Assembly (NCBI GenBank): GCA_965235115.1
Contig: OZ249436.1
Location: forward strand, 13,208,001 to 13,272,000
From: Laetmonice hystrix
Lineage: Eukaryota
Direction of reading: 5' to 3'
DNA length: 64,000 bases
Both the position numbers and the translations under genes were made by a program. Shown here in pieces: positions 53,334-64,000 of the stretch. Below the pieces are notes generated by a model, which was not told the DNA's origin, ran no database searches, and saw only the letters and a program-made list of their open reading frames with translations. Numbering within the stretch: position 1 is the first letter of the stretch; each line of letters opens with the position of its first letter.

Positions 53334-53492
53334 TGGCCTCCAAGCCCTCACGCCGAATCCTGCGGCGGGCTGAGAGTGCCCCCGGACCCCGGGATGATGA
53401 TGATGGGGTAGACATCAGTTACGTCGGGGCCAACATCCCATCTCGCAGTTTCAAAATGCTCCAACAGTCTGTCGGCGAACCTACTGATTATG
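53334..53492 (+). CDS. Gene B exon 9 (159 nt, symmetric phase 1; possible in-frame upstream acceptor 21 nt earlier)
   Basis: ggttgcag|TG GCC ... TAT G|gtgtgt; ...DDDDGVDISYVGANIPSRSFKMLQQSVGEPTDY. Confidence 0.85.
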
Positions 53493-54566
53493 GTGTGTAC
53501 GCATGCCCAGCCTTTGCTAAGTGCGCGTGCGCGTTGACCTTTGAAACGTTCAGAATGTGTCTCCCCTCCATACAAGTTATACCTAACCCAGTAACGTCTG
53601 TGGTAGTAAAACATAGTGGAGTCAGAACAGTGGTTGTTGTTTCTTGTTATGTTTCGTTTTGTTGGTTTATATTTTTGTGAGGTTCCGCTGTGCATGATGT
53701 TACAAGGGTAAATCAGCAGTGCGCCATGGCACCCGATATGTCAAACAAGTTGCAGTCATAGCCTTTGTTTATACCTCGCCCGGTGTGTTACGTATTTCTG
53801 GGCATTACCGTGCTGAAATTACAGTAACGCCGATTACTAGTCCAAATCAGGTGCTATTTTCTACCATCCGTCCGGCATTTGTAAACACTCGCCAGTCCTC
53901 CGTTATCCCACTGTCCCAAGTCCCAGGGCTTACCAAGGGAAGATAATACGGTAGCATGAAATTTATATTCTGGAACGTGTAGAAAGAAATTAAATAGCTT
54001 TAGGCCTATAGTGAGGCAATTTGTTTCTAGTTTGCTAGATGACACTCTAGCTTCTTTTGTATTTTTAAGCTCTTTGCTATCGCTCTTCCTATCGTAGAAC
54101 CTAACGTTGAATGAAGTTCGGCATAGATAACCTCAAGTGTTCTTCGAGAATGACTACTGAACTTAATCATTTCATCTGAAAAATAAATTTACGCAAAATA
54201 TTGGTGGTGATTTTGTATAAAACGGCAGGTAATAGTTGTCATAAGAGTTTAAGAAGGGCCTTTCTACGTCGTTATTAGGCTTATGTCGTGGTCATCTTTT
54301 AAAGCACATCTCGTGCTATAACTGCAACTTGCAAATGGCACTGTTGGTTTAGCTGGAGGCATGTTCAGTCGCCTAATAGTTATAATGACCTTGGAAACCC
54401 TCGATTAAACACCTTTTAGCATTTAGAGTTAATTTGTGTTAATTTAGAAAATGGAGGCTCAGGGGACTCCAGGACCCACGGAAGTGTTGGGTATGCAAGG
54501 TTACACAATAAGGGCGCGATGTAGACCACGTTTTGAGCGTTGGCTCTGCTTTTTTCCTCACAACAG

Positions 54567-54703
54567 ACCCCACATCACGTGGTCCTGACGTCCCGCATAA
54601 ACGTCAAGGCCGCAAGGTCAAGGTCGTCACCTTGAGGTCCAAACAGCCAGCTGAACCGGCCACCCAGCAACCTACTGTGGAGGACCGTGCCACCGATTTC
54701 TAA
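54567..54703 (+). CDS. Gene B terminal coding exon 10 (absent from the ORF track)
   Basis: ttttttcctcacaacag|AC CCC (phase 1); DPTSRGPDVPHKRQGRKVKVVTLRSKQPAEPATQQPTVEDRATDF*; AATAAA follows at 54816 and 55820. Confidence 0.8.
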
Positions 54704-54815
54704 CCTAGCCACCACGGCTGCTGACATCAACGTGTTCTAGTCAAGAAGTTGATGGCACCTACCTTGTGGAGTAGCGTTAAGAATATAGACTCTAGTCCTA
54801 CATACGCCGGAGACG

Positions 54816-54821
54816 AATAAA
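54816..54821 (+). terminator. Candidate polyadenylation signal of gene B
   Basis: AATAAA about 110 nt after the stop; a second one at 55820-55825. Confidence 0.45.
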
Positions 54822-56333
54822 CAGATTACTAGACGAAAGGTTAATTCATCGATACAAGAAAGACTTTTGGCTATGCTTCTTGCCCTCGCCGCTCGAAATG
54901 TCTCCTTAAGACACGTTTCACTCCGTCTGACTTGATTGACCCTTGTGGTTTGCTGTTTAGTTCACACCGACGTGATTTGGAAAGAAAAGCGTTTGAATCC
55001 GAAAAGGGCCAATGCCTCTTTTAATGTCTCCAAATGAATTCTGCTCCGATATCATTTGCCGCCGTTGTAGATCTGAAAGCCAAAAATAGCAGATCGTTTT
55101 GTGGCAGTATTTGGCTGCTTACATCTTATACCGCTGATGGAATGACCCATGCATTATTCGCTCTGCGATCTAGTGCGGTAATGCTATACTTTGTATACAA
55201 AATTATTTGTTCTTTTCGTAGAGAAAGGATTGGCCATTGAGTGACGAGGTGCCAAGTCCCATAATGACGTAGGCCCCTTAGCCGTTATTTAACGTGTAAT
55301 ATATTATAGTCAAGTGTTTTTATTACTAGTAATTATTTTGTAGGAACCCTGTGATTTATTCTTCCCAAGCATGTACATTACCATGCATGTGTTTCTGCTC
55401 CTCAGTTCCTTGTTATACAATTTCTCTTACCGAAACGAGAAAAGAGATATTGGTAAAGTTACTTTTTTTGTTGTTTCAATTGCTTTTAATGATATTCGTG
55501 TACATTGTTAAAATTTGCAGCAATAAGATGTTAACGAACCTGTTTGATGCTGACAGTTTAATCTAAGAGGTTCGTCAGAATATATCTTGGTAAAAACCTG
55601 TTCTATATTTACCGCAGGTGAATGCTTTAAGAATATGCGTGATGAACTTGTTATATTTCTGTCTTGTATTTATTCAATCAACACTGGAACCATGCCTTAT
55701 GACGAATATAAACGTAAGTTAACTTATGCCTCAGAACGGAACCATAGAAGACGCTCTGACTCATTATCACGTGATAGGAGACATGTCGCTTCACTCCCGT
55801 CTTGATTCTTTGTTTATTTAATAAAATGTAGTTTCCCCACATTTGGAATTATTTGTTCTGCATAACTGCTTTCTTCTAGAAATAACGTTGATATCTTTTG
55901 CAAAAAGAGAAAAGACAGAAAGAGTACATGTATGTCGAGTCGCTTGAAATACATAGAGTCTAGTAGTCATCTAAAGAAGAACGTTTGGCCCTAGGTAGGC
56001 TATAATCTTGAAGGGAAGACATATTCCCGATTGGCCCATATACCGACAATCTCCAGCTTGTTCTCAATTAAGGCCTGCTCCATCGATCGAGGGAGCATTG
56101 ATCACACTTCCGGTAAATTCCGATTTAATATTGCTGTTAAAAAAAACTAGAAACACTACATGAAGGCCAACCGGCTGAGTTTAAATGCTCACTTCCCGAT
56201 CCATCACCCAAATTCCATTGGTATAGCAACAGGTAAGTGTCCGGAATTGCCACTTGTTTTGACCTCGGTTCAGGGATGTTCCTCGCGTCGTTTGTCGTCT
56301 GGTGTTTGTGACGTTACGTTATATTGGTCCCAG

Positions 56334-56414
56334 ATTCGGGCGTGCAGAACGGTATGGAGGAACCGTTGGTTGTGAGACCGTCCGACCAACACACCCCAGA
56401 GGAACAACAACAAG
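56334..56414 (+). CDS. Module C exon 1 (81 nt, symmetric phase 1)
   Basis: ggtcccag|AT TCG ... CAA G|gtaagc; DSGVQNGMEEPLVVRPSDQHTPEEQQQ. Confidence 0.65.
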
Positions 56415-56529
56415 GTAAGCAAACAGATCTTTTCTCCAGAAGGTAATCACTCCTTATCTCTGAGAGACTTTGCTGGTATATCGAGTGGGGGAAAAAAATT
56501 CAACTTCTATAATTTTTAGCCAGATGCCA

Positions 56530-57412
56530 TAATATTTAGAACATGAGATCATCTGGTTATTTGGGGTCTGTGGTACAAATTTCAGATAAATAGGTCGAAA
56601 CGTCTACAAATAGGGCCATTTTTAAAAAATCGTGTCAAAAATTGCAATGCCGGACCAGGGTCATTTGCGTGGAGCCGCACGTCTTTCAAGCGGGAAACTG
56701 CCCTGAAAAACAGTCCCGTCGCGTTGAATGACCCAGTATAGTGCGTGTCCCAATTAAGGCAGAGTGTCTGAATGACGTGACGTCAAATGTATGAAATGTC
56801 CCCTGCCAAAAACTGGTGGCCAGTCCATGGATTACACCATTTGGGATTCCCTGTCTGAAAAAGTCTATAAAGGTCGCAAACAAAAATTCGCCGAGAACGA
56901 ACTAAAGGAGAAAATTCGGGAAAGGTGGGAGGGAATTACTCTAGAAAAAGTCAGGAAGTCAGCCGGGATATTCAAAAAGAGACTAAGGCCCGGTTACTAA
57001 GGGCTGTGTGTGAACAGTGAACAGGATGGGGGTCACATCGATCACCTTTTCATTTCAACTGAAATAGGTAGAGATGACACTTACATGGCTCTCCGGCAAT
57101 GCATTTTTTGACATGTGATTGGCTTGTGTGCCTAAAATTTTCACCACAAATTGCTATTAACCATAGAAAAGGATAACATGATGTCCTAAATATCAGTGAC
57201 AAACAGTGAAAATTGTAGAAGTTATAATCAAGTAAAGAGTGTTCCATACACAGCCGGGACCAACTCTGCCGAGGACGCCTGGTCCGGCATTGCAATTTTT
57301 GACATGCAGTTTTTAAAATGGCCCTATTTTTTTTAGACATTTTGACCTATTTATCTGAAATTTGTACCACATGCCCCAATTAACTAGATAATATCATGTT
57401 CCAAAATGTTTA
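56530..57412 (+). mobile_element. Tc1/mariner deletion derivative with about 125-bp imperfect TIRs
   Basis: 56535-56660 is inverted at 57279-57408; internal MDYTIWDSLSEKVY...LKEKIRERWEGI...FKKRLR and frameshifted GGHIDHLF match a Tc1/mariner transposase C-terminus. Confidence 0.8.
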
Positions 57413-57863
57413 GGCCCACCCGACTTGATACCAATCAGACAAGTACAACTATGAATCTCACAGCTGCACAATGTTGGTTGAACAAAAGGAAGCATGGGAA
57501 TCGTGGTCTGAACAGAAACCCCGGACCTCTATCTGATTCTAGATGAATTCTCTATACCCCTTTGGTCTGCTCTCAGATCGACGTTAACATCGAAATGATC
57601 CATGTTCTATTCAGGGTACAGAATAGTAGGCGGCAGGCCTATCCTAATGCATTTATATGGATAAAGAATTGATAGTGTTTCTTCTTAAAAATTTCGATGA
57701 TTTCTTTTTTCATTCGGAATTCATATTTTCATATCATATCTCATCATCACAAACCCAACGGGAAGTAAAAATACGTAGGCCCCCATTTTTCCATCTACTC
57801 AAGAAGTATATTTGATATGCATTGAAACTTTAAGAGGTTCAGATTCCGTGTCCTCTGTTATAG

Positions 57864-58055
57864 CTGCTCTTGAACGTCGGCGGCGACGTCGGCGGCGGGG
57901 CAGTCTGGGTCGGGCAGCGTCGCAGTCACCGAACCGTAACCGGCCCCGCGAGCAGCCTCACGAAGCCAAACCCGAGTTCGATGAGGGCGCCTATCTGGCG
58001 GGACGCGTCGCTATCCTCCGCTCAGAGGACGAACTTCCAAAAAAGCCATATAAAA
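57864..58055 (+). CDS. Module C exon 2 (192 nt, phase 1), FDE repeat copy 1
   Basis: gttatag|CT ... AAA A|gtaagc; ...ERRRRRRRRGS...KPEFDEGAYLAGRVAILRSE. Confidence 0.82.
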
Positions 58056-58828
58056 GTAAGCAACACACTAGATGTCGTCAGTTGTTTACAGTTGGCAGCC
58101 TGTGTTAGTGACCCTTGTGTCGGCGCCTATTGAGATGAGTGATTAAAGAAGAGAATTCATATGCCAAGATGTTCTTGTTTGCCATTAATTTCGTAATGTT
58201 TTGTTTCTGTCAAACTGTAATCTACACTCTACCCTTTTGTCAGGTTTTTGCCCTGTCTGCAACGTTCGTCTTTATCTCTATTTTATACCCTTTAAGATCA
58301 AAGTGAAAGAGGATATACGTGGGATTCATCCCTAACAGGCCATATTCCTCCTACTACACTCCAGCGGGGCCGGACAATAACCATAATAACAATCGACTGG
58401 CAATGAAAAACATACATGTTTTCTTAAGTAAGCAGGACATGGTATCTCTGACCTCTTCACAGTCAACAGTTGATTATGGACCTTATCTTTCAGTGGCTGA
58501 CATTTTCCTTTTTCGGGTTGGGGGGGGGGGGGGGGGCAGTCCCGATCCACCCAATTCAGGCGTCCCTCCTGACTTGTTCTTGAATTCTGACAATGAAAAT
58601 AAAGCCACCTCAGACCTTTCCATAATTCATCCTCTTTCACTTCGATCTTGAATCTGGACTTCTTCGGTTTTTCATGGTGCTTACCAATTGCTTAACTTAA
58701 AGCACTATTTGAGAAAATTCTGCATCTTAAGCGTTTGCATCTTCGGTGTCTTGACGATTCCTTGATCTTCATGACCTGTGGTAAAGGCGGCTCCTGATGA
58801 CGTCAGAGGATTGTGTGTCTATGTGCAG

Positions 58829-58987
58829 AACGAATGTCAATAGAGGAGGTGACACGTGACCAGCAGAGAATGCGTGAGATCGAGGATGAAGCCAGAAAAG
58901 CACGACAGCTATCGGACTTCGACGAGCAGGCTTGGCTCCAAGGCCAGGCTCCAGTATGGGGAGGGGAAACTCGTCCGATTCGTTCAG
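58829..58987 (+). CDS. Module C exon 3 (159 nt, phase 1), FDE repeat copy 2
   Basis: atgtgcag|AA ... TCA G|gtgcac; ...QLSDFDEQAWLQGQAPVWGGETRP. Confidence 0.82.
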
Positions 58988-60113
58988 GTGCACAACATGG
59001 CGTGCGCATGGCAATGGATGCATGCCTTGTTATAGCACGAATTTTATTTTCCATTGTCGCGAATGTTGATGTGTGCATTATATTCAAAGTTGTTTTGCTT
59101 TATTTTACACCAAGAACACTTCTGCCGGCTTTCAAGAAATGTGTCTCACGAAATTTAAGGCTATGAAAATTGCGAGAGGCAGTAACACTTTAAAAAATAA
59201 AAGCTTTATGACAGTTAGAAGGTTGCCCAGAATAAACATGTCAAACAAATGCGATTCTATCACTTTGTTACGTGTATCACCCTTTAAAACAGCGACATAC
59301 CCGGTGACGTCACAGCTAGCCGTGCAAAAGATTTCTTTGTGAAGAAAACTATACCACAGCTGATAATTAGTGCTACTCTCCATTGACCGGTTGTTCATAT
59401 CAAGATGGCGACACCCGCCTTTAGCAAGGTCTACCATAGTCTTAATCAACTATTTCTTTCAGTATTGATCTGTTCATATATCACAATGCATGCATATCTA
59501 GGATTAGAGGACACTGTCCAGCGCCTTGGTGAATTTCACCAGTCATATTTATTTTTATTTATATTTTCAGACTGACGTTGTTTAAGTCGAGGTCCGTTTC
59601 CATGGGACTTCGATTTAAATGCGCGCTAATGTCACACTGCTTGAATTGTTGCTTGATCAATTAATAGAACAATAACATTACGTCTCTTGGTGAGAACGTG
59701 GCGTAGGAACGGTTTCGAGTAGTCAGTTTGTTCTTCGCCTATATAGTGTCTTATTTCGATGCTTTAATAATTTATGCGTTTAAAAACTTCCATTACTAGT
59801 ATAATTACATATATCCCCAATTGTTACTAAATTAATTCTCGGCAATCAATACATGGAGCTTGCTTAATTCTATGCTGTAAGGAGAAGAACGCAAAAGGTT
59901 ATTATGAAGCGGTGCCGTACTGGTCAAGATAGTAAGAAATATCATGTGATCATGTGTAACTTTGGACTCAAGAAACATTGGGGATTCTACGCGCTGCCTA
60001 GAATGGAGAGCTACCATACATATATTTCCGTAACGTACAAAGAACTTTTCGAGACGTTTCTGAACATCACGAAGGGCCAATACCTAACCGTTACCTTTAT
60101 GTTGGTGGCGCAG

Positions 60114-60260
60114 CTGGCCCGCCCCCTAAGGCCAAGCAGCCGTGGGAGAAGGAAGAATCGAGCCAGCCTTTTGATGAGCAGGCCTTCCTGGCCGGCACAC
60201 TCAACATCATCAACGACCCCGACAGTTCCAGGAATCTCCCACCTCGACCACCCAAAAAAG
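60114..60260 (+). CDS. Module C exon 4 (147 nt, phase 1), FDE repeat copy 3
   Basis: ggcgcag|CT ... AAA G|gtcagg; GPPPKAKQPWEKEESSQPFDEQAFLAGTLNIINDPDSSRNLPPRPPKK (frame not in the ORF track). Confidence 0.82.
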
Positions 60261-60471
60261 GTCAGGCCATGCATGCTGGAGGCAAACAGCAGATTTCGTA
60301 TTCCCAATGTCGAAGTTACTGGTACTTTCCCGACCAATCCTATAGCAGTGTACTGAACAGTGTTGTCTGTGTTGGCCCTTTACGTCTGTTCTTATGTTTG
60401 TGTCCCATTCGTACAAGTCGACCTGTATTTATTGGCATCCCTTAATCTGTCTGTTCTACTGACCGATGTAG

Positions 60472-60579
60472 ATACAAGCCAGAAACCAGATTGGGCCCGG
60501 ACAGTAGAACATAAGAAAAAAGATAAGGCTTTCGAGCGGTCCCTGTCCAGTCTGGCCAGGGAAAGGAAGCGGGAAGCAG
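60472..60579 (+). CDS. Module C exon 5 (108 nt, phase 1), charged spacer
   Basis: gatgtag|AT ... GCA G|gtaaga; TSQKPDWARTVEHKKKDKAFERSLSSLARERKREA. Confidence 0.78.
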
Positions 60580-60703
60580 GTAAGAGAGGCTATGAATTAC
60601 GTGCAATCTTCGTCGAAAGCTTCGGTAATAAACCACACCTATAGACCTATGTATTATAGCAGTGATATGTAACGTGTGTTATGTAACAACTAAACTTCTA
60701 CAG

Positions 60704-60844
60704 ACAAAGCAGCTAAACAATACATCGGCTCTGATGATGACGACGCTGGTAATGTACGTGATTTCGACGAGAAAGCGTATCTGACAGGAAATGTACCAAT
60801 ATTCGACGATCAACCGAAGGCCCCACGACCGATGGATTCACCAT
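60704..60844 (+). CDS. Module C exon 6 (141 nt, phase 1), FDE repeat copy 4
   Basis: cttctacag|AC ... CCA T|gtaagt; KAAKQYIGSDDDDAGNVRDFDEKAYLTGNVPIFDDQPKAPRPMDSP (absent from the ORF track). Confidence 0.85.
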
Positions 60845-61103
60845 GTAAGTATAGGCATATAAAATATACAGACGATAGCAGTTGTGTTCGGAGTTGTGTC
60901 AGGGGTACCCCATAGATGGCTGCGCAATGATTGCGGGGAACAAGAGCACCTGTCCACCTCTCTGTGTTTGGAACCTTGCTTATATGTTTATAAACATAAA
61001 AAGAAATTTATACTTGAATGCCTTTTACGACGAAGTAAAGTTTGTGTGTGACGTCATAAGTATACCTTGTGACGTGACGATAATGTCACTGTGGATTAGT
61101 TAA

Positions 61104-61506
61104 AGCAATCAGCGAGTATCTATCATTTCAATGACTCCGAAATGCAGACATGCATGGGATGTTAGGTCAAATAAGGCCTTCGACTACATAAATCAATAAA
61201 TGTATACCCACAGAAATAGGGAAATCTAATTAAATTCAACATTCCAGTTGTCTGTTGTTGCCATGAAGTGAACATAGATTTATTGCCCGATGAATTTCAT
61301 TGGCTGTTCAAGTCAATGCCAGGTCAACCTGCCATGAGACATTCGCTTCATGGTGACAACAGGCAACTGGAATGTTGAATTTAATTAGATTTCTCCATCT
61401 CTGTGGGTATACATTTATTGATTTATTTAGTCTAAGACCTTATCTAACCTTACAGCCCATGTCTGCGTTTTGGAGTCATTGAAATGAGAGATACTCGCTG
61501 ATTGGT
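61104..61506. mobile_element. TTAA-flanked foldback MITE with about 170-bp inverted arms
   Basis: ttaa|AGCAATCAGCGAGTATCT ... AGATACTCGCTGATTGGT|ttaa; the arms pair over most of the element. Confidence 0.85.
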
Positions 61507-61817
61507 TTAAAACCAGAATAGCTGGCATCTACGAGAAGGCCGTACCCCTTCCGGTAGCCAAAGACTTCGTTCGTGTTCACGAGGACAAAGTTTGACTAGG
61601 ATAATGGGACAGGGTAAAGTAGAAAAACGTAAAAATGGATCAGAAAAATAGATGATACATAAGGAATCGTACCGTTAGTCTGGGCAGCCCCCCCCCCTCC
61701 CCAATGAGAATATACCTTTTATGAGGAGATGTTGACCCCCCCTTCCAGTGTCTGTGACCTTGTCTCATCTCTTCCTCATTGGTTCCTCTCTTTCAACCCG
61801 TCTGCTCTGAACATAAG

Positions 61818-61940
61818 TCAAAGTCGAGTCACGTGAGAAATACGAATTCCAAGCGTTGGCAGATTTCAAGAAAAGGGGCGAGTTCGTAGACCCTTTACAA
61901 GCAGCCCAAGAGGCAGCAGAAACACTGCCGGAGATCCCAG
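61818..61940 (+). CDS. Module C exon 7 (123 nt, phase 1), spacer
   Basis: Long pyrimidine tract, first AG is ataag|TC; KVESREKYEFQALADFKKRGEFVDPLQAAQEAAETLPEIP; donor G|gtaaga. The AAG acceptor is weaker than usual. Confidence 0.65.
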
Positions 61941-62305
61941 GTAAGACAGTGGCGACATGTGGAGAGTGTAGACGGATGGCCTGTTACCTCCTAATTTGGT
62001 GTATGTAGATGAGATTATTTGAAGTCAGTGATGCATCTTGAACAAGTATAGCGAAGCACTGGTACGATTTGTTCTCTGCAACCATTTAATTATCTCAAGG
62101 AAAGCCATTATGTTGCCTAAATTGTGTTGCAAGAATATCATTTATGCTGAGCTTAGGCCTATGGATTATTTTGGGTTTTTTTTGGATGCGCGGGTATGGC
62201 CTCCCTGTTGTTACCAATATGATCACCCCCTTGAGAACGGTGGCCATGATGTAAGCATATAACCGATGTCATTGTCTTGTCCTGTACGAAACGTGCTGCC
62301 TGCAG

Positions 62306-62404
62306 ACACCGACGAGACGGACAAGGAACCATTCGACGAGCAGAAGTTCCTGCAAGGACAGCTATCACTAGTAGGAGGCGAGCCTAACCCTCTGCCACCA
62401 AAGG
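62306..62404 (+). CDS. Module C exon 8 (99 nt, phase 1), FDE repeat copy 5
   Basis: gcctgcag|AC ... AAG G|gtaacc; TDETDKEPFDEQKFLQGQLSLVGGEPNPLPPK. Confidence 0.85.
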
Positions 62405-63483
62405 GTAACCTTTTCCTCCCATCAATGTGTTCAAAGAACTGTTCTTTGTTCTAAATTGTCTACTCACCCTATCTATGTATGTATGTATATGTTTGGACGT
62501 TTATAGCTGTACATGTTCGATCACATTTCCATCTGTGCTTGTGGTAAATATACTACAGCTACAACAAAGCACAAATGGAAATGTATTTTGTTGCGTTTAT
62601 TATTATTTTTTTAAAATTATTATTATTATTTTTAAACAAGATAGTGCAATGTTCGCCGTTACTGCTGAGGTACCCCTCACTGTGACAAATCACTTGCATG
62701 AAATGTGTGGTTACATTATGAGATGATACACAGAGCGTATTAATAAAAGCAACGCTTTCATGTAGAGTATATTTTTTAATTAACCGACTGGCCATGCCAG
62801 CATGAAAAAAGGAGCACCAATTAGACCTGCCTACTGTGATGTGTTGGTCACCGCGGAATTCATTCCGCGACCGGACCAAATCTGGTGGGGCACTACTGCG
62901 CCACCTATCGGAATGAGATAAAAAGTATATTAATTTTATTGATAGAAATCCTGCGGGGTATAGTTCATAGAAATAGATATAATTAGTTCATAGAAATAGC
63001 TATAATATGTCATATCAATTAAAAGGAATGATCCAGATTCTAGACTAACTGCATCTGATTCAGTGATCTAAAACAAATACAAATGTACTTTCTGAATGCG
63101 AACCGACAGTGTCTGGAGGCTGCCTCTCTCTCCGGTTTGTATTCAGTCTCATGCATCTATCGTTTATCGATGATACAGGTTTCCGCAAAAAATACCAGTT
63201 GATATTGAATTATTTGAACTTTGTTGGAACCTTTGTATTGGAACCTGCAAGACCTACTGATTTCAATTAATTGAACTTGTTCTGTTGTTTTTTAATTAAA
63301 TACCAAAATTGAAAAAGAAAAATATTCTCTACACAGGTATCTTTTTCAGTCAATTCTTTATATTTAAATCATACAAGGTTATATGCATATCTGTAGATGG
63401 ATACTCTATGTATACACTGATGTCATACTATAAACTTGAACACCTACCTTGTGTTAACGTTCGCCTGTCGATTGACTTTGTAG

Positions 63484-63627
63484 AGTCCTCCGTTCCCAAG
63501 GAGATCCCAGAGTGGGCCAAACGTCGGCAGTCGGTCGGTGAGGTCGACCCTCAGTATTACGACGAGCAACTCTACCTGCATGGCTGTATCCCACTCGTCA
63601 GCGGCGGCACCCCAGATCTCATGCCGG
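63484..63627 (+). CDS. Module C exon 9 (144 nt, phase 1), FDE repeat copy 6
   Basis: ctttgtag|AG ... CCG G|gtaagt; SSVPKEIPEWAKRRQSVGEVDPQYYDEQLYLHGCIPLVSGGTPDLMP. Confidence 0.85.
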
Positions 63628-63930
63628 GTAAGTGATCGCCTGCCGACGACAGAGAGAGGAGTACAAACATATGAGCGAACCAAGAGGTCATCAGGTCAAA
63701 TATATTTAGGTCCGCTTTCTTCAAAGCTGACTTCCGGCGGAAGAAGTAGCATCTTTATATCGTATAGCTGGAGGGAGGGGGTGTCTGCCTTCGTTTAATT
63801 AAGGATCCACTTCACCAATTAGCCTTTGTTAGGACAAAGACTGATTGATTCCCCACCCTGCAGGGTCATAGAGCCGCTATATACAAACAAATTGTCTATT
63901 ATACGGCTCACTTCCTAATTTCATTCACAG

Positions 63931-64000
63931 TTAAGACGCTTCGCAAGAAGCCACCTAAACCAAAGGAAGAGGAGGAGGAGGAAGAGGAGAATGCGCACGC
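63931..64000 (+). CDS. Module C exon 10, partial (runs off the right edge)
   Basis: ctaatttcattcacag|TT AAG (phase 1); KTLRKKPPKPKEEEEEEEENAH. Confidence 0.7.

Noticed and set aside
61522..61595. Possible module C exon AGIYEKAVPLPVAKDFVRVHEDKV*
   Set aside because: No pyrimidine tract (it abuts the MITE), ends in a stop and has no phase-1 donor.

Overview
Intron-rich animal (invertebrate-like) genomic DNA; most entries in the ORF track are spurious or exon fragments, so genes were rebuilt by hand from GT-AG sites and phase. Two ALP/Enigma (Zasp/PDLIM)-family PDZ + ZM-motif genes lie head-to-head with ATGs about 9.1 kb apart. Gene A is on the minus strand (ATG 18097, at least 7 coding exons, running off the left edge). 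Gene B is on the plus strand (ATG 27239, 10 exons, stop 54703, about 885 aa, no LIM domain, ending ...ATDF*). Downstream (56334 to beyond 64000) is a chain of symmetric phase-1 exons ('module C'); six of them each encode one copy of a motif I do not recognise, [FY]DExx[FWY]LxG. Module C is either a long alternative tail of gene B or a separate gene. Genes A and B carry their own one-motif-per-exon repeats (YxxxS[VI]xx[LR]xxxF; IPSR[SA]FxxLQ). Splice sites of gene B show odd features: a four-fold duplicated acceptor, a (CTG)17 tract before an acceptor, and a self-nested inverted MITE 30 nt from an acceptor. Between the two genes lie nested DNA transposons (TTAA element > EnSpm/CACTA-like with SAM and zinc-finger remnants > MITE). 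Many mini- and microsatellites are present. I found no RNA genes or CRISPR arrays. Family assignments come from motif recognition, not from database searches.
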